A DNA stretch of 64,000 nucleotides from Opitutus sp. GAS368 (GTDB lineage Bacteria; Verrucomicrobiota; Verrucomicrobiia; Opitutales; Opitutaceae): assembly GCA_945861645.1 (NCBI GenBank), contig CAMAVZ010000008.1, positions 1 to 64,000 on the forward strand, written 5' to 3'. This document shows positions 42,088 through 51,420 of the stretch, one piece after another. How positions within the stretch are numbered: the stretch's first letter is position 1; each line of letters opens with the position of its first letter. The notes beneath the pieces are model-generated. The model saw only the letters and a program-made list of their open reading frames with translations, was not told the origin of the DNA and searched no databases. The translations under genes and the position numbers were made by a program.

Positions 42088-43221
42088 CTAAGTCAGGGAA
42101 AACAATTCTTTCAAAAACGGGCGGGCGGGTAAGGCAAAAATTATGGTGGCATAATCGGCCAGGGTGGCCCGATCGCTCATAAAACGTACCAGTCTGGGAT
42201 GCGCCACCCTCTGAAATAAGGCGAGGAAAAGATCCGCGGCAAGCTCCGGCCGGCGACTAAGCACCTGCAGGAAAAGCGCGTCCATCTTGCGCAGTGCCCA
42301 AGGATCCGCCCGGTGAGGTGTGGGGCCTCGACCCGCGACCAAAGCGTGCGCGCATTCCTCTGCCCATCGCTGGATCCGCTGAAACGCGTAGCCGCTACTG
42401 GCACGCGCTCCACCAGCCATAAGCCCTGCTCGGACGTATGAACCGTCTGCCGCTGACGGGTGATCGAGCATTCCCATTGGCAGCATCCCGTGCTCCGTCC
42501 GTCGAACCCAATATTGATGACCATGCAGGCGCCGATCGATAAAATCCGTCAACTCACCACGAAAAGCCTCGGGGCCGATCGGCTCTGGCGCGAAGACCGT
42601 AACTTCAAGCAGCGCCCGTGTCGGGGAAATGGGTAATAAATAATAGAAAAGAATTCGACCGTCACACCGAGACGTAAAATGCATGATCTCGGCGATATCA
42701 GAATCAAAAACCGGCGCCGCGCACTCGACCTCCTGGCCAAGAAACGACTGCCAAAGCACCGCCCCGCCGCGGGCAGGTGCCGCGAGCGGACGGGTATCAA
42801 CGACCCACTTGGCCCGATAGGTTCCGCCAGAGGTTTCCACTTCCCAGACCTCGCCTACCTTCCGCGGAGCGGAAAGAACCGAAACGCCAAGGTCGAGCCG
42901 CATCTGCTCGGACCGGCCGAGCATTTTAATAGACTCTTGGTAAAACTCGCCAGCCGGTAACATAGCGTAGGGAAAATCGGCGCAGGCCACCAACGCCCGC
43001 GCATTGGGAGAAGCCACGGAAACGCTTGACCAACGCCGGCGGACCAAGTGCGTCAACTGTGCTGAGGGGTGCAGCCAGAAACACCACGTACGGTCATCAG
43101 CATATTCGGAGCGGCTTTCGATCACCGTTGTCCGCGGAGCGGCTTCGCCGTGCGCGACCAACCTACGCGCCAAACTCAGGCCGGCGCAACCCCCGCCCAA
43201 AATCAGGAGTTCAGTCTCCAT
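42088..43221 (-). CDS. crtY: Lycopene beta-cyclase
   Basis: ILGGGCAGLSLA, DRTWCFW, ASSGYAF; ATG at 43221 overlaps the crtB end. Confidence 0.9.
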   Translation of the reverse strand: METELLILGGGCAGLSLARRLVAHGEAAPRTTVIESRSEYADDRTWCFWLHPSAQLTHLVRRRWSSVSVASPNARALVACADFPYAMLPAGEFYQESIKMLGRSEQMRLDLGVSVLSAPRKVGEVWEVETSGGTYRAKWVVDTRPLAAPARGGAVLWQSFLGQEVECAAPVFDSDIAEIMHFTSRCDGRILFYYLLPISPTRALLEVTVFAPEPIGPEAFRGELTDFIDRRLHGHQYWVRRTEHGMLPMGMLDHPSAADGSYVRAGLMAGGARASSGYAFQRIQRWAEECAHALVAGRGPTPHRADPWALRKMDALFLQVLSRRPELAADLFLALFQRVAHPRLVRFMSDRATLADYATIIFALPARPFLKELFSLT

Positions 43222-44152
43222 GACGGGCGGCAATGCCAGGTAAGCCAAGCAAGGCGCGGTGTAAGCCTGACGAGTGCGGCGGCGGCCGCGACCAGAAAGC
43301 CGCGCGCAGCGGCAGTGTCACCAAGGCGTGCGCGGTAATACCCGCCTTCTGCCAATCTGTAACCACCGCCCGACGCTCCCAATAGGCGTAGTCATCGACC
43401 GCCAACCGACGACCGATCGCACGGTAGACGCGGCTAGCGACGAGAATCCCACCCCGCGAGCGCGCCGGCAGAAAGGCAAGTCCCGCCTCACCGCTCGAAT
43501 AGAAGACCTCCGCTTGCGCCAATAGATTTGCCAAACCGGTCCGCAATATCGGCCGTAAAATTTTTCCCGGATCAATCAAGTCAACCGGCAAAATGTCACC
43601 CACTAGGCTGGCTGGAAGGTAACGCCGCCCCATCCGCGCATCTTCGGCGACGTCCCGACAAATATTGGTGAGCTGCATCGCGATCCCGAGATCGACGGCG
43701 TGGGCCGCGGCGGCTCGGTCCACAACGTCGAGTACCCGACTCATCATGAGACCGACGGTGCCGGCCGCCCGATAGCAATAGCGCAGGAGCTCGCTTTCAT
43801 CTGCCATCCGCACTGATTCAGCGTCGGTGGTCATGCCGTGGATAAGTTCGAGGACAACCGCCGCCTCGATCTCGCATTCGCGCATGAGCGCTAAACCGTC
43901 TTGGAGCGCTGGATCGTTTGTTGCGCCGTCCAAGATCGCTTGCCGCGCCGCCGCCAGCGCCGCCCGCGCCGCTTCACCTGATGCCGCTTTGTCGACGAGT
44001 TCGTCGATGTGACGACAGAAGGCGTAAAGCCGCGTAGCCCGCGCGGCGTGAGTCGGACCAAGCAGCCGACGTGCCCAATAGAAACTGCGCCCCTGCCGAG
44101 CTAAGACCGCCTCAGCAGCGATCGACGACGAGGGCGCGGCGGGGCGGTTCAT
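43211..44152 (-). CDS. crtB: Phytoene synthase
   Basis: SFYWA, LYAFCR-IDELVD, YCYRAAGTVG, QLTNICRDVAED, RRYLP. Confidence 0.95.
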   Translation of the reverse strand: MNRPAAPSSSIAAEAVLARQGRSFYWARRLLGPTHAARATRLYAFCRHIDELVDKAASGEAARAALAAARQAILDGATNDPALQDGLALMRECEIEAAVVLELIHGMTTDAESVRMADESELLRYCYRAAGTVGLMMSRVLDVVDRAAAAHAVDLGIAMQLTNICRDVAEDARMGRRYLPASLVGDILPVDLIDPGKILRPILRTGLANLLAQAEVFYSSGEAGLAFLPARSRGGILVASRVYRAIGRRLAVDDYAYWERRAVVTDWQKAGITAHALVTLPLRAAFWSRPPPHSSGLHRALLGLPGIAARHGD

Positions 44153-45621
44153 GAGGCCATGGGGATCAAAGCATCAACGACCTTGGCCGAGCAGAGCACG
44201 CCGGGCAAGCCGGCGCCGGGGTGCGTGCCAGCGCCGGTTAGGTAGAGGTTCCTGACGGACTCGGAGCGGTTGTGAAAACGGAACCAGGCAGACTGACGAA
44301 AGATGGGCGCGACGGAAAATCCGGCTCCGTGCACGCTTTGATAGTTGTCTTTAAAATCCACTGGGGTCTTGAAAAATTCTGCCGTGATCGTTGCCCGCAG
44401 GTCAGGCAGGAGCGTGCGCTCCAATGCCTCAACGATACGGTTGCGCAAGCGTGGCCCCTCAGTCGCCCAATCGACCTTGCCCTGCAAATTTGGTACCGGA
44501 CAGAGCACATAAAAACTGTCGCAACCCTCAGGCGCGAAACTTGGGTCGGTCGCCGTGGGACGATGAACATAAAGAGAGAAATCTTCCGCCAGTTGCTGCC
44601 GATGGAAGATATCGTCGAGTAATTCTCGGTAGCGATTGCCCATCCAGATGGTGTGGTGCGCGACCTGCGGGTAGGTGCGGGTGGTCCCGAAATAGAGCAC
44701 GAATAGGCCCATCGAATAATGGGCCTGCGCCAGCTTCAACCGAGTGGCGAGCGACTGCTCAGCGCGCGGGACCATGTTTTGATACAGGTGCGCTGCATCC
44801 GCGTTCGAAACCACGACGGTGGCGGCCAGCCCCGTGCCGTCAGCCAGCTCGACGCCGCAAGCGGTGCCCTGTTCAATGCGGATCCGCTCCACGGTTGTCC
44901 CAAGCCGAACAGCGATGCCCTGCCGGTTCATCAGTGCTCCCAAGGCTCGGGTGATGCTGCCGGTACCCCCCATCGCAAAATGGACCCCGTGGGCATGCTC
45001 AAGGAAATGGATCAGCCCATAGATACTGGTTGTATCAAAAGGATTACCGCCCACAAGCAGGGGCTGGATTGAGAAGGCGCGACGCAGCTTGTCGCTGACC
45101 AGATGCCGCGTCACCAAGCCCCACACCGTCTCGTAGCTGCGTAGGCCTAGGAGATGCGGCACCTGCCGGAGCATAGTGCCAAAGTCGTTAAACGGCTGCG
45201 TCGATAGGCGAGTAAAGCCAATGTCGTAAATTTTACGGCTGTGCGCTAATAGTGCCATATAGCCCAAGCGGTCGCGCGGCTCAATGCGCTCAATCGCTGC
45301 TAGCGTCGCTTCCAAGGTTCCGCCATAATCAAAAGTATCTCCATCAGCGAAGCGAAACCGGTACCACGGCTTCAACGGGACCAAGCTCACATGATCGGCA
45401 AACCGCTCGCCGAAGAGCGCGAACAGTTCCTCGAATAGAAAAGGGGCCGTGATCACGGTCGGGCCAGCATCGTGCCTGAATCCTCCGCGCTCGTAGACCT
45501 GCGCGCGTCCCCCTAAAGCTGCGCAACGGTCAATCAGCGTCACCGTATAACCTTTTGCGCGCAAGCGAAGGGCGGAAGCTATACCGCCATAACCCGCCCC
45601 GATTACAATGGCCTTTACCAC
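44149..45621 (-). CDS. crtI: Phytoene desaturase
   Basis: IGAGYGG, DAGPTVIT, LVGGNPF, GAGTHPGAGLPGV. Confidence 0.96.
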   Translation of the reverse strand: MVKAIVIGAGYGGIASALRLRAKGYTVTLIDRCAALGGRAQVYERGGFRHDAGPTVITAPFLFEELFALFGERFADHVSLVPLKPWYRFRFADGDTFDYGGTLEATLAAIERIEPRDRLGYMALLAHSRKIYDIGFTRLSTQPFNDFGTMLRQVPHLLGLRSYETVWGLVTRHLVSDKLRRAFSIQPLLVGGNPFDTTSIYGLIHFLEHAHGVHFAMGGTGSITRALGALMNRQGIAVRLGTTVERIRIEQGTACGVELADGTGLAATVVVSNADAAHLYQNMVPRAEQSLATRLKLAQAHYSMGLFVLYFGTTRTYPQVAHHTIWMGNRYRELLDDIFHRQQLAEDFSLYVHRPTATDPSFAPEGCDSFYVLCPVPNLQGKVDWATEGPRLRNRIVEALERTLLPDLRATITAEFFKTPVDFKDNYQSVHGAGFSVAPIFRQSAWFRFHNRSESVRNLYLTGAGTHPGAGLPGVLCSAKVVDALIPMAS

Positions 45622-45628
45622 TTTAAAA

Positions 45629-46537
45629 TTAATCAGCTTTCAGCCGTTTTCCGAGATCTAAGGCGAATTCTACTAACAGAGCACCGGCCTGATGCGGTAG
45701 GGTCTCCGCAATTTCTGCGGCGCGATCCAAGTGATGACGCGCCAATCGGCGGGCTTGGCCCACGGCAGACCTATTCTGGCCGGCTGCTTCCAGCAAAAGC
45801 ACGATGTTGAGATTGTGCTGCTCAGCGTCAGCCATTACATCCGCGAGGTCGTCTACCATCTGATAGCCGATGCCAAAGGCGTGGGCCGCGGCCCGGATAC
45901 GTGGAACCCAATGTTCTTGCCCAGCAGCTAGGAAAGCGAGCTCGATGGGCAGGCTTAGCAGAACACCTGACTTACCAATGACGATTCGCTCGTATCTAAC
46001 GACCTCTGTAATGGGGAAGTCCTTCGTCGCCAGTTCTGCGCATTGGCCTTGAATGACCATGGAGGTTCGATCGTGGACGCAGCGGAGCAAGCTGGGAAGT
46101 AAGGTGGCATCGCGGATTTCAGCCAAGGCCCCGTAGGCGGCTGACAGGAGGAGGTCACCAGTGCAGATAGCAACGTCTTGACCAAAGGCCGCGTACACCG
46201 TGGGGCGACCGCGCCGGAGCTTGTCCTTATCCTGCAGGTCGTCGTGCACTAGAGAGGCGTTGTGCAGCAGCTCGACCGCGGCAGCGATTCGGACCGCATC
46301 TTCCCGCCCGACGCTTAGCGATTCACAGGCGTGCAGAGCCAAACGAGCGCGCACCCTTTGGCCGCCTGTCTCCAAATGATAAACAGCCGCTCGGTTAGTT
46401 GCCGATAAGCTTCCTCCAACACTGGGTCTCTCGGATACCTGGACGAGGGACATGATAAGACTTTCCACCGCCCGGAGGGTGGCGTCGGTGCTTGTGTGCA
46501 ACGGATGCTTTACAGTTCCGCTAGACAAAATACTCAT
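45629..46537 (-). CDS. crtE: Geranylgeranyl diphosphate synthase
   Basis: ELLHNASLVHDDLQD...RRG (FARM), YQMVDDLAD (SARM). Confidence 0.9.
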   Translation of the reverse strand: MSILSSGTVKHPLHTSTDATLRAVESLIMSLVQVSERPSVGGSLSATNRAAVYHLETGGQRVRARLALHACESLSVGREDAVRIAAAVELLHNASLVHDDLQDKDKLRRGRPTVYAAFGQDVAICTGDLLLSAAYGALAEIRDATLLPSLLRCVHDRTSMVIQGQCAELATKDFPITEVVRYERIVIGKSGVLLSLPIELAFLAAGQEHWVPRIRAAAHAFGIGYQMVDDLADVMADAEQHNLNIVLLLEAAGQNRSAVGQARRLARHHLDRAAEIAETLPHQAGALLVEFALDLGKRLKAD

Positions 46538-46575
46538 CAGCTCAAGAATAGGCTGCCGATGCGCTTTGACGTGAT

Positions 46576-46612
46576 AAAAAAAAGGACAATGAGGCCGCTG
46601 GCCTCATTGTCC
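46576..46612 (-). terminator. Strong intrinsic terminator between the opsin gene and crtE
   Basis: Perfect 13-bp stem GGACAATGAGGCC/GGCCTCATTGTCC followed by T8 on the minus strand. Confidence 0.88.
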
Positions 46613-46628
46613 GAGTAGCGTAAAGCGA

Positions 46629-47426
46629 TTAAGCTCTGTCAGATTCGCTGACCGCGCACTTCCAAATAATCACCCCGAATGCGATTTTATTGATGACGTC
46701 GGCAATGTTGTAAACAACGTTGAGCATATTAGCCGAGTTGGCCGCTGGGGCGCTGGTGAGGTAACCAAGGAAATAGCCAAGAGGATAAATCGACCAGCCG
46801 ATTAGCACAATGTTGCGCATCGTCTTGAAGGCGGTCTGCACAGCAGGAGTCGCACTCGCAGCGTTGATCTTGCTGGCCTCGCCGGCGTAGATTTCAAAGA
46901 TGATGTAGGCCCAACCAGCCATGCCGACGATAAAGCCCAACATAGAGCTAATCACACCGGCTTCGCCTAGGTAGCCACCAATAAGCATAACCAGGGTGCC
47001 AATAATCAAGCGCCAGAAGACACCAGCAGGAACCTTGGTCACGGCCGAAAGGATGATGAAGAACTCCACCATCAATAAGGGCACGGTTATGAGCCAATCA
47101 ATATAACGAAAAACCGTCGGGGTCTCGCCGGTAGCCACCCAGACGTCGCGCATGTAGAAATAGTGCGTCGCAGCCACCAAAGTCACTAGACCAGAGATCG
47201 TGAGTGATGTCTTCCATTTCGGGGAGACGCGTTGAATTTCTAGGAAAAAGAAGGCAGTAGCGGCAACCAATGCCATGGAGATGACCCAGAAGGACACCCC
47301 CACAAAATCGGTTGATTTAAGATTGGCGGCACCCGTAGCAGCCATTGATTGAGCGGGCATTAAAAAGCAGAGCAACAAAAACGCAGCTGCCTTGGTTAAC
47401 TTCGATTTTAACATATTTTTCATCAT
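46629..47426 (-). CDS. Proteorhodopsin, DTE proton pump, green-absorbing type
   Basis: RYIDWLITVPLLMVEF (D97, T101, L105, E108 in PR numbering), His75 in THYFYM, retinal Lys in ADVINK, N-terminal signal peptide. Confidence 0.97.
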   Translation of the reverse strand: MMKNMLKSKLTKAAAFLLLCFLMPAQSMAATGAANLKSTDFVGVSFWVISMALVAATAFFFLEIQRVSPKWKTSLTISGLVTLVAATHYFYMRDVWVATGETPTVFRYIDWLITVPLLMVEFFIILSAVTKVPAGVFWRLIIGTLVMLIGGYLGEAGVISSMLGFIVGMAGWAYIIFEIYAGEASKINAASATPAVQTAFKTMRNIVLIGWSIYPLGYFLGYLTSAPAANSANMLNVVYNIADVINKIAFGVIIWKCAVSESDRA

Positions 47427-47540
47427 ATTATTGGGTGGGTGTATTTAAACAAACGACTGGGAAAATCCAAATAAACTTAGGTCAATCGATGCAAGAACTA
47501 TTTGTGTACTTTGTTTTAAGCCAGTTGACGGACCGTGGCA

Positions 47541-47675
47541 TTAGCTCCTGGGGGTTTTGCTCGTTGCGGATTTACTGTCTTTGTCCAAACGCTTGAATCC
47601 CTGCATGGCCGAAAAAAATGCGATCCCAAATAGCACAAAAATCAGAACTGCAAAATAGGAAACATAATCACTCAT
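47541..47675 (-). CDS. 44-aa single-TM microprotein (not in ORF track)
   Basis: MSDYVSYFAVLIFVLFGIAFFSAMQGFKRLDKDSKSATSKNPRS*; start overlaps the upstream stop (GATGAGTGA). Confidence 0.65.
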   Translation of the reverse strand: MSDYVSYFAVLIFVLFGIAFFSAMQGFKRLDKDSKSATSKTPRS

Positions 47676-47853
47676 CTTTCGAAAACCCTATCAGTTTCAA
47701 ATAGACTCCGAACGCGAGAATAGAAGGAGCCCAAAGGCCAACAAAAATAGCATCAATTTTATCTCCCTGCCAGTATAACAGTTTAGAAAAAATTATGACC
47801 AAGAATGAAGCAAGAAAAAGTAATTTATCGGCAAACGAGAACTTAGTGAGCAT
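47668..47853 (-). CDS. 61-aa two-TM small membrane protein
   Basis: MLTKFSFADKLLFLASF...AIFVGLWAPSILAFGVYLK; ATG at 47853. Confidence 0.75.
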   Translation of the reverse strand: MLTKFSFADKLLFLASFLVIIFSKLLYWQGDKIDAIFVGLWAPSILAFGVYLKLIGFSKDE

Positions 47854-48146
47854 TTTTTTTGTAGTTAATTGTAACAATATCAATAATTGTTTTAGAGTCA
47901 ACTGAGCGGATTAATTGAGCGAGTTGAATATTATCCCTAATTCATTTTAAGCAGGCTATCCGTTAAATACGCTTAGGTCATGAAAAAATCAGAGCCGATA
48001 GTAAGTTCGACGATCCGGTAAAGCGCTAAGCTGGCCTTGGGGGTAAAGATTCTGACCAAAACGGCCCGCTAGTAGGAAATCTCCAATACCCTCAGGGCGC
48101 GGGCAAAAAAATCTGCTAAATTATGCTATTTAGCGGATAAGAAAAC

Positions 48147-48223
48147 TGGCGGGATGGACGAGACTCGAACTCGCGACCTTCTGCGTGACAGGCAGACGCT
48201 CTAACCAACTGAGCTACCACCCC
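48147..48223 (-). tRNA. tRNA-Asp(GTC)
   Basis: GGGGTGG...CCATCCC-G-CCA; anticodon arm tctgc-ct-GTC-ac-gcaga. Confidence 0.96.
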
Positions 48224-48336
48224 GTAAATCGGGAAAAAGTAGAAAAAGTAGATTGGGCGGGAGGTGTGTCAAGCGTCCTTCTTCGCCCGCCCGCGCTTTA
48301 GTACTAACAGCCAAAAAACCATCACGGGGCCATTCA

Positions 48337-49272
48337 TTAACCAAAAAAATCCATGGCTTTTTGCCGATCAAGTGCGATCTGAGCACGCAAGGTATCTACG
48401 TCTGCGAATTTTTGCTCAGGCCGGAGATATTGCAGCCAGTTGACCGTAAGATAATCTCCCGCATCAGCGGTCGTAGCCTCTAATAAATGCACCTCCAGCA
48501 GCGGCGCGGTCGCTAGGCCCACCGTCGGACGCAGACCGTAGTTAGCGACCCCATTAACCACCTGACCGGAGGGCAACGTAACTTTTACCGCATAGACTCC
48601 TAACCGAGGCTGGAGCTCCGGTACCCACGCAATATTAAGCGTGGAAAAACCGAGTTGCCGGCCCAGTTGCCGACCAGGCTGGACCATACCGGTCGCGAAA
48701 TAGACATAGCCGAGCAGAGCGTTGGCCGCCGCGATCTCCCCCTGGCTCAGCAGCCCCCTGATACGCGAGCTGCTGATCGGCTCCCCTTCATGATTGAGTC
48801 GCGGTGCACTAAAAACACTGAGCCCGACTTGCTTAGCCGCCGCGATTAACTGGACAACATCTCCCCGACGGTCTCGACCAAAGCGCCAATTTTCTCCCAC
48901 GTAAATCGCCGCCAGCTGCGGTAAGGAACGTTGCAAGTAGGGCAAAAAATCCTCGGCGGCAATTTGGGCAAGTGCGGGCGAAAAATTCTGCTCGATAATA
49001 AAATCCAGCCCAAGCCGCCCGAGCACCGCGCGTTTCATCGCCGGTGACATCAGCATCTGCGTCGGGGCTGTCGGTCGAAATAAAACGCTCGGATGTGGCC
49101 AAAACGTAAGGACGCCCGCGAGCCCACCATTGCGTCGCGCGCCACTCAGGGCCGCATTGATGACTGATTGGTGACCGCGATGCAGGCCATCAAACATGCC
49201 AATAGCCAAATGCAGGGGCTGCGGGGGCAGCGCCACCTGATCCAAATCGGCGAATTGGCGGGGAGCGCTCAC
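48337..49272 (-). CDS. ribF: Bifunctional riboflavin kinase/FAD synthetase
   Basis: [36 protein letters not shown]. Confidence 0.95.
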   Translation of the reverse strand: MSAPRQFADLDQVALPPQPLHLAIGMFDGLHRGHQSVINAALSGARRNGGLAGVLTFWPHPSVLFRPTAPTQMLMSPAMKRAVLGRLGLDFIIEQNFSPALAQIAAEDFLPYLQRSLPQLAAIYVGENWRFGRDRRGDVVQLIAAAKQVGLSVFSAPRLNHEGEPISSSRIRGLLSQGEIAAANALLGYVYFATGMVQPGRQLGRQLGFSTLNIAWVPELQPRLGVYAVKVTLPSGQVVNGVANYGLRPTVGLATAPLLEVHLLEATTADAGDYLTVNWLQYLRPEQKFADVDTLRAQIALDRQKAMDFFG

Positions 49273-49997
49273 AACGCCACACTCGGCGCCGCTTCGTAAA
49301 TCGGAATCAGGCGCTTTTGAATTTCAGGTAACGAGAGCGCTTCGATCTGCTCAAGGGGCATACATTGGCCGATCGTGAACTTGCCACTGCCCGTCCGGCG
49401 CAAAGCCGAAAGATGAGCGCCGCAATCCAATTTCTGCCCCAGATCAGCTGCCACCGTGCGCACATAGGTGCCCTTGGTACAGTGGAGCTCAAAGGTAATT
49501 TTCGGCGTAGCAAACGACCGTAAATTAAAAGCTGCGATCCGAATGAAACGGGGCTCACGCTCCACCTCCTCTCCCTTGCGGGCTAATTTATATAACGGCA
49601 CCCCCCCTATTTTTATGGCGGAATGCATGGGCGGCGTTTGGTACTGGTCGCCGAGAAAACCTTTCATCACCTCGCCAACGCGGGCTGCAGTTAACTCCGG
49701 CACGAGCTGCGTCGACATGACTTCACCTTCCGCGTCCTGGGAATCTGTCACCACGCCCAACGTAGCTTCGCCTTCGTACACCTTGTCGACGCTCATCAGA
49801 TATTGCGAAATTCGCGTCGCCTTACCGATCAGCATGACCAATACCCCGGTTGCCATCGGATCTAAAGTGCCCGCGTGGCCAATTTTTTTAATCTGCAGCT
49901 TGCGCCGCAAATGATAGACGACGTCGTGCGAGGTCAGCCCCTTGGGCTTATCCACCAACAATACTCCTTCCATTTCTTTGGGCGGCAGCAGACTCAT
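49269..49997 (-). CDS. truB: tRNA pseudouridine(55) synthase
   Basis: [29 protein letters not shown]. Confidence 0.97.
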   Translation of the reverse strand: MSLLPPKEMEGVLLVDKPKGLTSHDVVYHLRRKLQIKKIGHAGTLDPMATGVLVMLIGKATRISQYLMSVDKVYEGEATLGVVTDSQDAEGEVMSTQLVPELTAARVGEVMKGFLGDQYQTPPMHSAIKIGGVPLYKLARKGEEVEREPRFIRIAAFNLRSFATPKITFELHCTKGTYVRTVAADLGQKLDCGAHLSALRRTGSGKFTIGQCMPLEQIEALSLPEIQKRLIPIYEAAPSVAL

Positions 49998-49999
49998 GA

Positions 50000-50992
50000 T
50001 TAGGCGGTGTCGATTTCAGCTAAGCGCCGGGTTAAAGCCGCCACTAGCCGAGGATAAAAATTAACTAACCGATCAGGGCAATTGAGCCCCGCCGCGCTCG
50101 CGTGTCCACCGCCATTAAATTGCGCCGCAATCGTGTCCATGCGGTAAGAACCATGCTCCGCCCGCAGACTAGCCTTGATCGTGCCGGGGCGTTCCTCGAT
50201 GAGCACGCCGATTTCCACCCCTTGAATGGAGCGCGCATAATCAACTAAGCCTTCGGTGTCTTCCACGGTGGCGCCGACCTCATCGAAAATTCCTTGCGGC
50301 AGCACCCCGACACAAACCCGCCCGCCACATTCAAATTTCAGCGAACCGAGGTAATGCTGGAGCAGTTTTAACTTACCCACTGACTCCCGTTCAAACAGCT
50401 CAATGCCGGCCTGGGCGGGCTGCGCTCCGCAGGCGACGAGCTGAGCACACAGCTGAAAAACGCGGCGCGTAGTTGAGGGGAAACGAAATTGCCCCGTATC
50501 GGTCATAATCCCCGTATATAAGGCCTGCGCGGTGGTCGCATCGACCGGCAAAGCAGCATCAAAAAATAAACCCGCTAAAACTTCAGCCGTCGCCGCCGAA
50601 CCGACATCGACAAAATTATGCTGCGCAAAGCCCTGATTCGAAACGTGGTGGTCGAAACAAGCCCAAGGACTCGGAAATAATGCTTTCACCTGATCACCGG
50701 CGCGGGCGTGATCCGCACAATCAGTAAAGATCGCTCGTCGCCCGACGAGCGCAGAATCATCCCGCGTGACCCAAGGGGTATCGCCGAGCAGAAATTTAAT
50801 TCGGCGCGGCACGGGATCAGGGTTCATGCACACGGCATCAATTCCCTGGGAGCGGAGCACGCGACAAAGTGCCACCTGGGAGCCGATACAATCGCCATCC
50901 GGGCGTTGATGACCAGTGACCACGATCCGTTGACCACGTAATTTCTCCAGCAAATCGGTCCACCGACCGGCAAATTGGGGATAATAGCTCAC
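50000..50992 (-). CDS. nrnA: DHH/DHHA1 phosphoesterase (NrnA type)
   Basis: [26 protein letters not shown]. Confidence 0.9.
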   Translation of the reverse strand: MSYYPQFAGRWTDLLEKLRGQRIVVTGHQRPDGDCIGSQVALCRVLRSQGIDAVCMNPDPVPRRIKFLLGDTPWVTRDDSALVGRRAIFTDCADHARAGDQVKALFPSPWACFDHHVSNQGFAQHNFVDVGSAATAEVLAGLFFDAALPVDATTAQALYTGIMTDTGQFRFPSTTRRVFQLCAQLVACGAQPAQAGIELFERESVGKLKLLQHYLGSLKFECGGRVCVGVLPQGIFDEVGATVEDTEGLVDYARSIQGVEIGVLIEERPGTIKASLRAEHGSYRMDTIAAQFNGGGHASAAGLNCPDRLVNFYPRLVAALTRRLAEIDTA

Positions 50993-51339
50993 GGCTTCTT
51001 CGCCGCCTGATCAATCGCCCCGAGCAATTGCTCAATGCGTAAAGCCCGCGGGGCGTGATCGTCATGCACGAAAGTTATTAAGGGGACATGGCGAATAATA
51101 ACACTTTTCGCCACCGCACCGCGAATCTCCGTGCGCTTACTCAACAGCCATTTACCCGCGCGCTTCGCCTCGAGGGCGGCACCGAGCACCGAATAGAAAA
51201 TCTTAGCCTCCCGCAGATCACCCGTGATCTCTACCCCGGTAATCGTAATGGCCACCGACTCGCTGCTGTAACGCGAATGCAAGTAAGCGCTGATTTCACG
51301 CTGCATCAGCTCGTTGACGCGAATAAGTCGGTTGCTCAT
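50989..51339 (-). CDS. rbfA: Ribosome-binding factor A
   Basis: RLIRVNELM, ITGVEITGDLREAKIF, VPLITF; position after infB. Confidence 0.93.
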   Translation of the reverse strand: MSNRLIRVNELMQREISAYLHSRYSSESVAITITGVEITGDLREAKIFYSVLGAALEAKRAGKWLLSKRTEIRGAVAKSVIIRHVPLITFVHDDHAPRALRIEQLLGAIDQAAKKP

Positions 51340-51420
51340 CGATTTTTCAAATTGGATGACTGCTTTTTGATTTTTGTGACCCGTCCCGCCGCGGGAAAAA
51401 CCGTAAAGCGGTAATCAATT

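Noticed and set aside
47427-47905. TAAAACAA and ACA-containing repeats upstream of the opsin and microprotein genes as a CarH/LitR operator
   Set aside because: Spacing is irregular rather than a clean 11-bp period, the region is AT-rich, and no such regulator is in the window
48630-48660. RibF PTAN motif reads STLN
   Set aside because: The Thr and Asn are retained and the gene is otherwise intact; probably a tolerated variant
50000-50992. DHH protein as the dedicated c-di-AMP phosphodiesterase for the EIIA-DAC fusion
   Set aside because: It occupies the common rbfA-nrnA-truB position 40 kb away; nothing in the sequence links it to the cyclase
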